Below are positions 37,767 to 51,109 of a stretch of 64,000 bases of DNA, in pieces. The notes under the pieces were generated by a model. The model was not told the origin of the DNA. It ran no database searches and was given only the letters and a program-made list of their open reading frames with translations. Each line of letters opens with the position of its first letter. Positions within the stretch are counted from its first letter, which is position 1. A program made the translations under genes and the position numbers. Source of the DNA: Octopus sinensis (taxonomy: Eukaryota); contig NW_021833473.1 in the NCBI RefSeq assembly GCF_006345805.1, forward strand, positions 62,001 through 126,000, given 5' to 3'.

Positions 37767-40700
37767 CTGAAAGAAATAAATGATACAACTGAATATGATT
37801 TCAAAGAAGCATAGAAGCTAAGCTTAAAATAAAATAAAAGTCATTAATTTCATTCATAAAATTGCAAGAGATTGTAATATCAACTTGACAAAATATATTT
37901 AAAAAATCTCAATACTCAACTATTAATTAAGCATAATTATATAACTAGCATATCTATTTTCAGTGACTTCACTAGGAAACCTATTCCTTACTTTATTTCA
38001 TCCATTTTAACATACCTGGAAATTGATCAGGCAAAATAGAACCCATTACATTAAACCAAGGGTGGGGAAACTGTTAGTGTAGCGGGCAAAAATTTCCAAA
38101 GAAAAAGGTCCGCTGGCAGATCACTCTTATATCTGTAAATCTTGTATATATCTATGTATAATTCGATATACATTAATGCATAACATCTTCATTAATGCTG
38201 CCACTGATACTTATGAGGTACTCTATATTTTTCAGCTAGAGTGTAGTTGGGTCTCAAGGGTATAGTACAAACCTAGTAATATGTTTTATAGTAAAAGCAA
38301 AAATTTCCATTCAAATGGCAATTACTGGACGGTTTTCTGTGCGTATCTAACCCTTTTAAGTTGTAGTAGAAACATGACCTATGTTGAAAATAAGCATAGG
38401 AATCATCATCATCATCGTTTAACGTCCGCTTTCCATGCTAGTAATGAGTTGGACGATTTGACTGAGGACTGGCGAACTAGATGGCTGCACCAGGCTCCAA
38501 TCTTGATCAGGCAGAGTTTCTACAGCTTGATGCCCTTCCTAACGCCAACCACTCCGAGAGTGTAGTGGGTGCTTTTACGTGCCATTGGCATGGGGGCCAG
38601 TCAGGCGGTACTGGCAATGGCCACAAAAAAATTTGAAGAAAATTTTTTTTTTATAAATTTTATAATTGAAAAATTTACTATACTTTGTACATACAAGTAT
38701 ACCAGCCTGCGGGGTGCAATAAAATGGACTTGCAGGGGCAATTGCGACCGTGGGTTTCCCTGCCCCTGCATTAAACCATTTTGCCAAATGACCTTATATA
38801 TTGTAAGTATATTAAATGAACATAGTGAATAATATTCTGAAATATGACAATTTTCAATACTCCAATGTATTACTATTATTGTGTATTAATAGACAATAAA
38901 AACTGTAAAGACAATAAACTGATTTCCATTATACAAATAATAGCAAGGTTGTCAGCACTACACTGGCTATTCAATTAAGGATTTCTTACATATGTATAAA
39001 GACAAACATTTTGGGGAAGGAAATAGTCAATTAAATTGACCATAGAATTTGACTAGTGTTGCTGTATCCACCCAGGACTGATGAATAATTGAACTTAGAA
39101 TGTAAGGAACATAATATTCCAAGGCATTAAGGAAACAGTATTATCAATAACTGATACAACTCAATAGAACACAAGTTAAACAGGGGATATTCTACACAAT
39201 CACCAGAGTAATTAGAGGGCCCTTATGTTAGGACTTCATCCACCAGTTACATCCAAGGTTGCAAAAGATGAGAAAATGAAAGGCAAAATTGGACTGTGGT
39301 GGCATTTGAAGGCGGATCGTAAAGAACAGCAAGAAATTCTGCTAAGCATTTTCCCCCAATGCTCCACCGATTCTGCCAGAGATGCAAGATGCCGCAAACT
39401 AGGTATCCGAAGTTAGTATTTCTAGCAACATAGGATTTTAAAAGTAAAAAAGGCAGTGACTAATTTGAATAAAAATAAATATGAAATATGAAGTTGGGTG
39501 GGGTTCAACATATCAGAGAATTCATATTCAACAGCACGTTGATTTAACAAGCCCATTTACCCTAATACAATTTAAAAATTCCCCAGTCCAACAGCATTCT
39601 CGTATTTACGACCAGATGGATTATTATAATTCGGTCAATTGGTAAAACTTGACTGCATTGTATGCTACATATTCTAAGTAGATGGAATAAAAATTGTAAA
39701 CCGTATTTTATTTGCTACGGTAGTTAGGGAATATTTCGGAAAAAAAATATTTTCAAGGAATGGGTTACATGACAAATCAAAATACCCATGCAACACTAAC
39801 AAGGCCTCAAATTAAGGTGGGGACACAGTCGAATATACAGCTCTAGGCGTCGTTAGAAAAAGGATTTCTTTAATCAGGATAAGCTCGCACATCTTGTAAA
39901 GAAGAATCAAAACTGAACCCCCGAAAAACTTACGAATATAGCACTATCTTTAAAGAATATATTAAATATAATATAGCGTTGGGCACCGTGACACTGCAGT
40001 AGGTTTTATCTTTTACTAAACATCGACAGATGATGGATCAACGACACCATTAAAGTACATTTTCAAATGCAATTTCGAAACAAAATTACAACATATAAAT
40101 TATTATTGACTGTCTTGGCCTCTTAAAACCGTCAATATTCATAAAAATATACACGGTTAATTATTCTTCATAAGCAATTAGTCATCATGTCTGATGTGGA
40201 TTTGTAAAAGGCAAAATATTTTAAATTGTTGGAGCTTAATATTTAAATGAAAGTGACAATTAAGAAAGTAATTAGAAATAGTTATGCAGTGAGATTATAT
40301 TTTTTTCTGACAAATATCTAAATATCTTCAGTATTTCTAAATGGGTTTCATAATTTATTTCGTTTCCATTGCTTAAAGACTGAAGTAGACAAAGAAAGAA
40401 AAGATTAATTAATTTATGAATTAAAAATATATATAAAAGATAAAATGATTTATTACATCCTATTAAAAATATATCTGCAGGATTAGTAAAAATAGAAGAT
40501 AAAGAATATTCAAGTTGAAATTAATCACAAAAAAGATAGAGAAACCCATTTATGGAGATGAGGTTTTTAAAAAGGGGGGTTGAAAGTCGGGATAAAGAGA
40601 AAAAAAAAGCCATTTTCAATAAAGTACATATATAATATATGAAAATCTATCTCTGATTATATCTCTTACCTAAAACTAAATAAAGGAAATTGGAAAATTA

Positions 40701-41169
40701 ATGCAAAATTTGCAAGATATTACTAAATAGATTTAATATATGAATAATACAATAGAAATTACCAGAATCCATGTGACAACCCATTTATTGTTGAGTAATA
40801 TTTTAATATACTATTAACATGTCTTAAGCTAATTAGAATGATTTAATGCAATAAATACATTAATTAAAAAACATTTTACATGGGATGGAATTCGCATAAA
40901 GGGTTTCCCTGTCTTCACCTGATTTTTCTACATTAAAAAAAAATTACTAGGAGAAAGCACATGTTACAGAAAATCTAATTTTGTCTGTAAGGAAGCTTCT
41001 AGATGACAATGCAGAATACGAGCGGATATCTATTTTATTTCACGATAGAATACTACAAAAAGAAGGTATTTTTGCAGTACGATGATAAAGCATTCAATTT
41101 AAATTAATAACAGCATCTGTAAGCATACAACCTGCATAGGATGAAAACGATTACAAAAATATCTCTTAC

Positions 41170-41172
41170 CAT
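41170..41172 (-). CDS. CCT7: CCT7 coding exon 1 (start codon only)
   Basis: Minus strand reads ttgcaattATG|gtaagag, a strong donor. It supplies the Met missing from phase-0 exon 2 ([10 protein letters not shown]). Confidence 0.75.
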
Positions 41173-41310
41173 AATTGCAAATTATCTCTTTTTATCGCCG
41201 GCTTTGTCGGTAGAGTTAGTAAGATGGATTCGGCAGTAACAACGGGAGAGTATTCATACCGTCTTCCGGTGAAATTAACTTCCGCCGTACGAATCACCAT
41301 GACAACGTTT
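41173..41310 (-). promoter_or_regulatory. Putative CCT7 5' UTR / core promoter with ETS-like motifs
   Basis: CpG-rich patch directly upstream of the ATG, with CTTCCGGT (41263-41270) and ACTTCCGCC (41278-41286). Function is inferred. Confidence 0.4.
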
Positions 41311-41387
41311 AAGTTCGCCTGCAAATTCTGAAATTCAATTCGGATGTGTTTTTTTTTTTTTGTGACAAAAAGATTCGCGAAACTCTA

Positions 41388-41605
41388 ACACACACACACA
41401 CGTACGCACGCGCGCGCACACACACACGTACGCACGCACACGCCTGCACACACACACAACACACGCATACACACACACACACACACACACGCACGCACAC
41501 ACGAACACACACACACGCGCGCGCACACACACACGCACGCGCGCGCACACACATACACACACATGCGTACGCACGCACACACACACATACACACACACAC
41601 ACGAC
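41388..41605. repeat. (CA)n/(CGCA)n compound microsatellite just upstream of the CCT7 promoter
   Basis: Direct inspection. Confidence 0.95.
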
Positions 41606-41646
41606 ACATCAGCCCAACAAAAATTCCTGAACATTTTAGAAAAAAT

Positions 41647-42070
41647 AGGCTTTTTTTCGGTTTGACCGGCAGTTTTTCAAAATAATTTCCACGTAACTAA
41701 ACACTTAAACTTCGTATACTGGTAGAATGTGTTTATAAAACATCTTTTTCTTTTGGCTTTCTTGAGAAAATTCTATAGTTTGTAAGATATTTGTTTTTTT
41801 TTCTTCTTCAATTTCTGCAATTTCAACCAATCAATGACGTCTATTGTAGGTGAAAACATTCTGTGCCGTATGAATATGTCCCTCGTTTAAGAAACAGATT
41901 GGGTTTATTTACATTTGTGACGAAAAAAAGATACCCTTTCCCCCACCCCTAACCCTAACCCTAACCCTAAAACAGATTGAAATGCAATAGATCGATACTA
42001 GGGTCATAATTATGGGTGACAATTTCATATGACACCGCTAGAAAAAAACTGCCGTTCAAACCGAAAAGAT
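41647..42070 (-). mobile_element. Same MITE family, opposite orientation
   Basis: Reverse complement of 44922-45350; contains (CCCTAA)x3-4 near 41948-41969. Confidence 0.8.
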
Positions 42071-42412
42071 CCGAAATTAGTTTTATTTACGTAAAGATTG
42101 AAGCATAATTTTATTATAAGGAAAGAGAAAGGTAGAGTTTAAGCAGCAGAATATGGAGTGAAGGGAGTACACCGCGGAACGAATGGCAAGTTTGGTCATG
42201 CCCTGCAGACAAGATAATGGACAGTAACACTCGATGCAGCAGCCATCTCACCTCGTGGGGCTTATTCTCAGATTGGCCGCAATTATTCTGATTTCACTGA
42301 GGAAATATCAGCAGTGCAGCGCCCGAGAACAACCTGAGGCACAAACTAATAGCGGCCGTTGAGGCTCCTGCATTTTTATTTATTTTACTCTCCTAACGGC
42401 GGCGATACCTGA

Positions 42413-43187
42413 GGCGGCGAGCTGGCAGAAACGTTAGCACGCCGGGCGAAATGCTTTGTGGTATTTCGTCTGCCGCTACGTCCCGAGTTCAAATTCTGCC
42501 GAGGTCGACTTTGCCTTTCATCCTTTCGGGATCGATTATATAAGTACCAGTTACGCACTGAAGTCGATATAATCGACTTAATCCCTTTGTCTGTCCTTGT
42601 TTGTCCCCTCTGTGTTTAGTCCCTTGTGGGTAGTAAAGAAACAGGTATTTCGTCTGCCGTTACGTTCTGAGTTCAAATTCCGCCGAGGTCGCCTTTGCCT
42701 TTCATCCTTTCGGGGTCGATAAATTAAGTACCAGTTACGCACTGGGGTCGATGTAAACGACTTAATCCCGTTGTCTGTCCTTGTTTGTCCTCTCTGTGTT
42801 TAGCCCCTTGTGGGTAGTAAAGAAATAGGTATTTCGTCTGTCGTTACGTCCTGAGTTCAAATTCCGCCGAGGTCGACTTTACCTTTCATCCTTTCGGGGT
42901 CGATAAATTAAGTACCAGTTACGCACTGGGGTCGATGTAAACGACTTAATCCCGTTGTCTGTCCTTGTTTGTCCTCTCTGTGTTTAGCCCCTTGTGGGTA
43001 GTAAAGAAATAGGTATTTCGTCTGTCGTTACGTCCTGAGTTCAAATTCCGCCGAGGTCGACTTTACCTTTCATCCTTTCGGGGTCGATAAATTAAGTACC
43101 AGTTACGCACTGGGATCGATGTAATCGACTTTGTCTGTCCTTGTTTGTCCTCTCTGTGTTTGGTCCCTTGTGGGTAGTAAAGAAATA
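42413..43187 (+). mobile_element. Same SINE, one head plus 4 tandem bodies
   Basis: As above. Confidence 0.85.
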
Positions 43188-43438
43188 GATACCTGGGTTT
43201 GCGGCCCATGCCGCAAGGTTGGAGCTGCAGAATATATCGCGCCCCAGTTTAGGGATCTGTCTCCCTTGTAGCAGAAGAGGGTTATTCTCATTGGGCACTT
43301 AATTAAATTAAAGGGAAACAATTCACTTTCCTCAAACTAGGACTCTGATGTGATATAGGTCGCTTCACCTACAAGAAATAGCAGCCAACATTTCTCAGAT
43401 TTCACATTGGCATCTTAAAAATGATGGGTGCTCTTTAA

Positions 43439-43614
43439 GAAGAGTGGTCCCGGTGCGCGCAATCGCGTACTCGCGCTACCTAGACGTGACCCTTAGTGTT
43501 TTATTTACTTTGTTTTAAAAAAATTATTTAGTGTTTTATTTACTTTGCTAGGTAGTCGTAGGATCGACTAGTCACGACTAGCTTGCGCGAGTGCGCGCAC
43601 CGGGACCACTCTTC
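43439..43614. mobile_element. TTAA-flanked MITE with perfect 23-bp TIRs (Kolobok-like RR termini)
   Basis: TTAA|GAAGAGTGGTCCCGGTGCGCGCA...TGCGCGCACCGGGACCACTCTTC|TTAA. Confidence 0.7.
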
Positions 43615-44100
43615 TTAAATAGTACCAAAATGATGTTGGTGGGGGACAACGGACAAGAATGGCGAATTAGCAGAATTGTTGTATTGTTTTCACTATTTTC
43701 CGCTCTAAGTATAAGTCTCATCAAGGTCAACATTAAGGTCAACATTACCTTTTTATCTTTCTCATCGATAAAAGACAGTAGTGGTGTTTGAAGGAGATTT
43801 TGCTATTATTTCTAGCAGATCGAGTGACTTACGGCGAGACTCCTACTGTACAAAAATTAGTAGCGTGGTAGTTGTAGAGTGTTGATGATAGCATAACACT
43901 GTGCTGAAAGCAGCGAACGCGCTGTATATTCATGGAGGAAGAAGGGGGAAAAATCACTACATGTATTAGATCTGTGTTCTCTTCAGAGGATGATTATTTT
44001 CCTTCCTCTTCCACTTAACAAAGTGAATCGGTGTCTTTCACACTTGTTCGTCTACAGTAGTGTTTCTTAATTTTTTTTTTGTAGCAACTCTTTTTAAGTA

Positions 44101-44600
44101 TAATAATAATGTAATAATGAAATTATTGTACACAGTGCTCAGGTGCACCACAACTTGTCAGAAAGTGCGTATAAAGTATATGCAGTAATGTACAAATGTC
44201 TGGAAAGCGAACAGTGTATGAGTCAGATACATGCTTGCGTGTGTATGGAGGGGAGAAAATCAGGTGTAGTGTTGGCGAATCTCTGGAAGCATGGAAGTTT
44301 TGAAGGATGCTGTGCTCCGACAACTAACAACTGATGCCGGCAGTTTGTTCCATGCTTCAGCAACTCTTAGCCTGAAAAAATGTTTCCGAAAGTCATGGGA
44401 GCAGTGTTGTTTTCTGACTTTGTAAACATGTCCACGGGTGTTAGACAGGTGGAGTTTGAAAAGGTGCTCAGAGTTATTGTTTGTAAGATGGTTAATAATT
44501 TTATGGGTGTCTGCCAAGTCAGCTGCCAGACGTCGGAGTTTCAATGTGTCCATGCCCAGGGAAGTAAGGCGTTCAGAATATGGCAATTGTTATGGTATTG
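44101..44600 (-). mobile_element. 3' end of a CR1/L2-like LINE with (TAT)n tail
   Basis: ORF 44260..44586: YSERLTSLGMDTLKLRR...TRGH...FFRLRVAEAWNKLP. Confidence 0.85.
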
Positions 44601-44921
44601 TTATGTATAGCGCCCACCTAAGTGGTGAGTGCGGCATCACGATTAAACTAATTTAACATGGATGATAATTTATAAAGTTTACTCTAAAAATGTACTGTGT
44701 AAGCTTTTTTACAGTGAAATGATTAAAAAAAAAATCATTGAAGACAAGTTGTAAGTTTACTTTAAAAATTCCAACTTAATGACTCCTCTGTGCTTGATGA
44801 GATCTAGCTAAATTTACCCAGGATGCACTGGATAAAAAACATAAATATATAACCGGTCATTTCTGCGGTCGATTTAATCAGCTCACCTTTCCTAAACTGG
44901 TGTAATGAGAACAAGTTATTT

Positions 44922-45350
44922 GGATCTTTTCGGTTTGAACGGCAGTTTTTTCTAGCGGTGTCATATGAAATTGTCACCCATAATTATGACCCTAGTATCG
45001 ATCTATCGCATTTCAATCTGTTTTAGGGTTAGGGTTAAAGTTAGGGTTAGGGGTGGGGGAGGGTATCATTTGTTTTTCTTCACAAATGTAAATAAACCCA
45101 ATCTGTTTCTTAAACGAGGGACATATTCATACGGCACAGAATGTTGTTTACCTCAATACACGTCAGTGATTGGTTGAAATTGCAGAAACTGAAGAAAAAA
45201 ACCCAAATATCTTACAAACTATAGAATTTTCTCAATAAAGCCAAGAGAAAAAGATGTTTTATAAACACATTCTACCAGTATACGAAGTTTAAAAGTGTTT
45301 AGTTACGTGGAAATTATTTTAAAAAACTGCCGTTCAAACCGAAAAGATCC
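44922..45350 (+). mobile_element. MITE with GGATCTTTTCGGTTTGAACGGCAG TIRs and internal (TTAGGG)-like repeats
   Basis: About 30-bp TIRs; family members at 41647-42070, 6952-7525 and 907-1272. Confidence 0.8.
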
Positions 45351-46081
45351 TAAAAATGTACTGTATAAGCTTTTTTACAGTGAAATGATTATTGAAGTTT
45401 ACTTTAAAAATTGCAAGTTAATGACTCCTCTGTGCTTGATGAGATCTAGCTAAATTTACCCAGGATGCATTGGATAAAATAAATAAATGAATAACCTGTC
45501 ATTTCTGTGGTCGATTTAATCAACTCACCTTTCCTAAACTGGTGTAATGAGAACAAATTATTTTTATTTAGACTGAAAACAGCTCACACTTCGACTGCCT
45601 CTGTTGTGGCCATACACTGGGATGATTGTCAGTTTACCCAGTTTAGTTCAGCTCCTGAAAACAGTGTTATTAGGGACAGCTAGGATATTTAGGAGGGTTC
45701 TTGGCATCTGAAGTTAATTGCTGTAGCCCGATGTTAGGAAATTTTCTTTTCCAATAGTCTAATCTTCTGCGTATATATATATATTCTTTTATTACCTTCG
45801 CCAAGGAAGGAGGTTATATTTTCATCGGCGTGGGTTCGTTCGTCTGTCCCTCTGTCTGTCCGTCTGTGTGGAAAATAACTCAAAAGGTTGTAAACGGTAT
45901 TTGGTGAAACGTGCAGGAAAAGTTGGTAAAGACACAAGGAACAGATGATGAAATTTTGGTAGCGATCCGGGATTTTTATGGATTCTTGAAGGATTTTTAT
46001 GGATTTTTGAAGGATTTTCCATTTGTTATATTTATTTACTTTGCATGAAGTATTACAATGGTACGTTCTTTGATTATCTCC

Positions 46082-46289
46082 CTTGTTCTTTTATTTTATT
46101 TGTTTCATTCATTTGACTGCGGCCATGCTGGAGCACCGCCTTTAGTCGAGCAAATCGACCCCAGGACTTATTCTTTGTAAGCTTAGTACTTATTCTATCG
46201 GTCTCCATTGCCGAACCGCTAAGTGTCGGGGTCGTAAACACACCAGCATCGGTTGTCAAGCGACGTTGGGGGGACAAACACACAAACGT

Positions 46290-46323
<34 letters not shown>

Positions 46324-46358
46324 GTATGTTTGTATGTATGTAAGTATGTATGTATGTG

Positions 46359-46449
<91 letters not shown>

Positions 46450-46572
46450 ATATGTATATATATATATACGATGGGCTTCTTTCAGTTTCCGTCTACCAAA
46501 TCCACTCACAAGGCTTTGGTCGGCCCGAGGCTATAGTAGAAGACACTTGCCCAAGGTGCCACGCAATGGGAC
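46082..46572 (-). mobile_element. Same CORE-like SINE, interrupted at its head by an (AAT)n-flanked insert
   Basis: Reverse complement of 4593-4992, truncated at gggact|aataat. Confidence 0.8.
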
Positions 46573-46586
46573 TAATAATAATAATA

Positions 46587-46622
<36 letters not shown>

Positions 46623-47210
46623 CAGTACCAGGCAGTGGATGCCCTGATGCAGTACCAGGCAGTGGTTCTCATGGCTTCTGATCTTAACTGATTGGAAGTG
46701 TTATCATGTACATTGTTTTGTCTTGGTATAAAAGATGGGCTACAGCAAATATTCTGCTCAGTACTACAGATTTGCTTGTCAGTTGTTTGACCTTAACCAG
46801 TTGAGCATGTCCCTTAGTGGCTGATGATATGTGCATCTCTGATCACGAGCAGAAGTAGTGGGGGAGTATCATAGCCATGTGTTGAGAGGGATTCTTTGGG
46901 GTTTGAATAATTCACCTCTGGAAACATGGGTGTTTCGTTCAACATCCTTAAACAACCCTTACTCAGGGACCTTTTGAGCAGGATGGGTTACTCGACCAGA
47001 AGAAAATTCTAACTGGGCCCCACCTACAAGGTCATGTGCTGTTTATCTTGATATGAGATCATCATGTCGCGCACATATGGTTGTGATGCATGTGCCTGGT
47101 GTACCCTTATCAGACGGGTAGTCATGATGGGTATACTGGGCTTCGTATATTTTACCCCAGTGTCACTTTGATGGCATGCACTGCTCTCTCACTCAATAAT
47201 AATAATAATA

Positions 47211-47232
<22 letters not shown>
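46572..47232. mobile_element. About 580-bp interspersed element bracketed by (AAT)n tracts
   Basis: (AAT)n at 46573-46621 and 47196-47230; starts with a duplicated ATGCAGTACCAGGCAGTGG. Confidence 0.5.
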
Positions 47233-47250
<18 letters not shown>

Positions 47251-48090
47251 CATAACTAGCTGGACCCATGAAAAATTCACGGAAAATATAAAAAAAATGT
47301 AAGCATCTGTAAACTGTGTGCTGGTGCCGTGAGAAATGTTTCTATGTTGTGACAGTTAGAGAATATAGAAAGAAGTGTAAAACCGATAACTATATAATCC
47401 AACCAAAATATCTGTTACTCAAACGTAAACAGAATTACTATTTAACCTTGAAATACATCGTACATATTCAAAGAACATTCTTGGTTTAGTGGTACGGAAT
47501 GTTCTTCTGGTATTCTTTTATTCTTTTACTTGTTTCAGTCATTTGACAGTGGCCATGCTGGAGTACTGCCCTTTAGACAAAGAAAGTGACCCCTGGACTT
47601 ATTCTCTGTAAGCCTGGTGCTTATTCTATCAGTCTCTTCTGCCGAACAGCTAAGTTATGAGGATGCAAACTCACCAGCATCGGTTGTCAAGCAATGGTGG
47701 TGGGGGATAAACAGATAAAACACACACACACACACACATAAATATGTATATATGTGTGTATACACATACACAGTTGCAGTGTGGAAGATGTTTGTAAGCC
47801 ATTTAAGAACACACACACACACACACTTCCCAACCACAAGGTTCCGGGTTCAGTCCCACTGCGTGGCACCTTGGGCAAGTGTCTTCTACTATAGCTTCAG
47901 GCTGACCAAAGGCTTGCGAGTCGATGTGCCTGGCAGAAACTGAAAGAATTCCGTTGCTTATATATATATATATATCACGTGATCACGTGACAGACTAAAC
48001 TATCAGATGTTGTTACACATCGCTGGTCACAATGCGCTTCACATTATTTTAGCCTTCAAATAACGCCACCCCGCTGGCTAAGCGAGCAGG

Positions 48091-48158
<68 letters not shown>

Positions 48159-48160
48159 AT

Positions 48161-48214
<54 letters not shown>

Positions 48215-49385
48215 TCTAGTTTCAGCTAGCAAAAGCTAGTTTAAGATAACAAAAGAAAGAAAGAGACCTCAATATTATGTAAATAGAGGAAATTTATGTA
48301 TAAAATAATATGTTACAATTACTCAATAGTCAAGATATATGTATGTATATATTTGTGTATGTGTCTGTGTTTTTTTCCGGCCCTTGCTTGACAACCGATA
48401 CTGGTGTGTATCTGTCCCCGTAACTCAGCGTTTCGATAGAATTAGTACTAGGCTTACAAAGAATAAATCTTGGGATCGATTTCTTCGACTAAAAGTCCCT
48501 TCACGTGGTGCTCCAGCACGGCCGCAGTCAAAATGACTGAAACAAGTATAAAGAATAAAAGAATATATATATATATATATATAATATATATATATGTGTG
48601 TGTGTGTGTGTGGTGTGTGTGTGTGTGTATTGTTGTATGTATGTGTTTATCCCTCTATCCTCGCTTGACAAATGATGCTGGTGTGATTACGTTCCCGTTC
48701 GGCAAAAGAGTCCGATAAAATAAGTACTAGGCTTACAAAGAATAAGTTCTGGAGTCGGTTTGTTCGACTAAAAGCGGTGCTCCAGCATGGCCGCAGTCAA
48801 ATGTCTGACAACAAATATAAGAATAATAGTAATGTTCTAACAATATATGAATGTGCCTGACATCAGAAAAAAGAAATATTATCTTTATTCTTTTCAAAAT
48901 AAACTTTTCCAAGCGTGACAATATATTTTAGATACTGGTTTGAAAGCAGAGGCAAAAGAAAGGAATTCCAGCCAGGTCAAGTCTCCACGCAGTTTAAATG
49001 CATTCGTCTCCGATACCCAAGTACTTAAGAAAAAAAAAAAAAAGGTCAGCAGAAGGTATCTAGAAGTGATGACCTGACTGCAGCCCGACCCCCTTAAACT
49101 ACGAGTAATTAAGGGCTGAAACACTTGCTTTAAGACGGCATTCTTCTCTGAAGAACTTCTCTTTAGAGTTTCTTACCACTATCGTTTTAGAAATGCCATT
49201 CTGTATGTGAAGTAAGCATTTTACAGTCATTTTATACAAGTGTTTTGAAACACTATCCAGCTATTATATTGCAAAAGTAGTCTCGAAAATGTGACGTGAT
49301 GTAATGACCACAAGTTCAACAAGGGTAGTTACATCTCTCGATAGTTTTGCACCCTTTATTCGTCTACGTCATGATTGAGTTAAAA

Positions 49386-49766
49386 GGAGGCACAATGGCC
49401 CAGTGGTTAGGGCAGCGGACTCGCGGTTGTAGGATCGCGGTTTCGATTCCCAGACCGGGCGTTGTGAGTGTTTATTGAGCGAAAACACCTAAAGCTCCAC
49501 GAGGCTCCGACAGGGGATGGTGGTGATCCCTGCTGTACTCTTTCACCACAACTTTCTCTCACTCTTACTTCCTGTTTCTGTTGTACCTGTATTTCAAAGG
49601 GCCGGCCTTGTCACTCTCTGTGTCACGCTGAATATCCCCGAGAACTACGTTAAGGGTACACGTGTCTGTGGAGTGCTCAGCCACTTACACGTTAATTTCA
49701 CGAGCAGGCTGTTCCGTTGGTCGGATCAACCGGAACCCTCATCGTCGTAACCGACGGAGTGCTTCC
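49386..49766 (+). mobile_element. Third tRNA-headed SINE family, full length
   Basis: A box TGGCCCAGTGG and B box GGTTTCGATTCC; ends ACCGACGGAGTGC. Copies at 8194-8575 (-), 11105-11335 (-), 55050-55238 (-) and 16413-16560 (+, partial). Confidence 0.8.
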
Positions 49767-50094
49767 ACACATTGAGTTAAAAAAAACTATTATCTCACTT
49801 GAAACGAAAACCGACGTATCGAGCAATACGTTTAATCTTGACAGAGCCATCCTGGCATCTGCCCCGATAATTTGATTGAGTCAAATAATTTTCCACTGTT
49901 ACAATTCCGCTAAAGCCAGTCATTGAACTAGAAGAAATCGTTTTATAACAGAATTTATTCAAAAGGCAATACACCCTTTCTCAACAAAACAATTATGGTT
50001 GAGATACACAAACAGATAAATAGTTATGGCCCCTGAATTATTAGAACCGATCACTATGAATTACCTCCCTTGAAGTTTTTCTTCTATTTCAAAA

Positions 50095-50493
50095 CTAGCA
50101 GTATCGCCCAGTATTGCTCGGGTTTGTTTTCTTTTTGACCCTTTAGAATTGGAATTTTTGAAAAGTAAAAATTTCGCATTATGTAGCTTGTTATTCTCTT
50201 TAAGTGAACATTTTTCTGGTTGAAATACACCGAAAAAGGGTGACACAGTAGTAAAAAAATCGTAAAAAATAGAGATTTTCATAGAAAAAAAGCACCTTTT
50301 TGTTGTTAATAATTTTTGGTGTTAACATGGTCCGATTTGAATTTTTTCTGCTACGGAAGGAAGAGCAAGCCTTCTTCTATCATACTCTCAAATTTGGTCA
50401 ACTTGTGCCGCAGGGTCTCGGAGGAGATAGTGTTAGTTGAAGGCTAGCAAACCTGCCATACACAGACAACTTCAGCTTTTATATATAGAGAGA
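50095..50493 (-). mobile_element. Second copy of the same Helitron-like family
   Basis: Reverse-complement homologue of 36295-36677. Confidence 0.75.
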
Positions 50494-51109
50494 TTTTAGA
50501 CATTGCTCTGTTCAATTTGGGAAATTATACATTTGATATTCTACTCTATGTAAGATTGGAGAACTGGAAGATAGTCTGGCTAGTCAACGCTCTGTGATGC
50601 TTTTGTTTAGGGTGGTATTTAGTATTCTAGTATTCTGAATTGTAAGTAATGTTAATCGTAACTTTTAGTAATTTATCGGCTTATTGTTGTTATTGTCGTT
50701 AAAGCGATCTTGTAATTCTTCATGCGATATATTTTGATTAGTATCATAGGTGAGACTATTACATTCAACTAATTCATACTAATTTATCCTGACACAAGGA
50801 TGCATGAGAATTATATCAGCAAGTCACCTTTCTTATGTTCTTTTAAGGCTTGCATAGGAGGTTAATGTCTGAATCGACAACGCGGCTTCTACCTTGAATA
50901 AACCCTCCAACAAATCCTGGAAAAAGAAAAGCTTTACATCAAACACCAAGCTGAAAGTTTGCATTCTTTAGAAAGTATGCTTGTTTTGCATGTAGGATAC
51001 AGTCATTGCGATATCTGCTTTAAGTATGATACAAAAATTACCCTTAACGGGAGCACGGACGCACGCACACACGCGCGCCCGCGCGCACACACATTAATGT
51101 TTGTTTTTA

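Larger units (their letters stand above)
14068..38620. mobile_element. Dispersed (CAT)n/(TGA)n-tailed short retroelement family, 14 copies inside CCT7 introns
   Basis: Core CTACAGCTGGATGCCCTTCCTAACGCCAACC at about 14068, 17268, 18216, 19505, 20100, 21890, 25040, 25680, 26385, 27150, 27960, 33350, 35505 and 38399. The span covers dispersed copies, not one element. Confidence 0.8.

Noticed and set aside
41224-41331. 35-codon plus-strand ORF at the promoter (divergent gene?)
   Set aside because: Short, with no splice or homology support.
42130-42410. GC-richer stretch upstream of CCT7 as a coding exon
   Set aside because: Stops in the frames translated and no recognisable motif.
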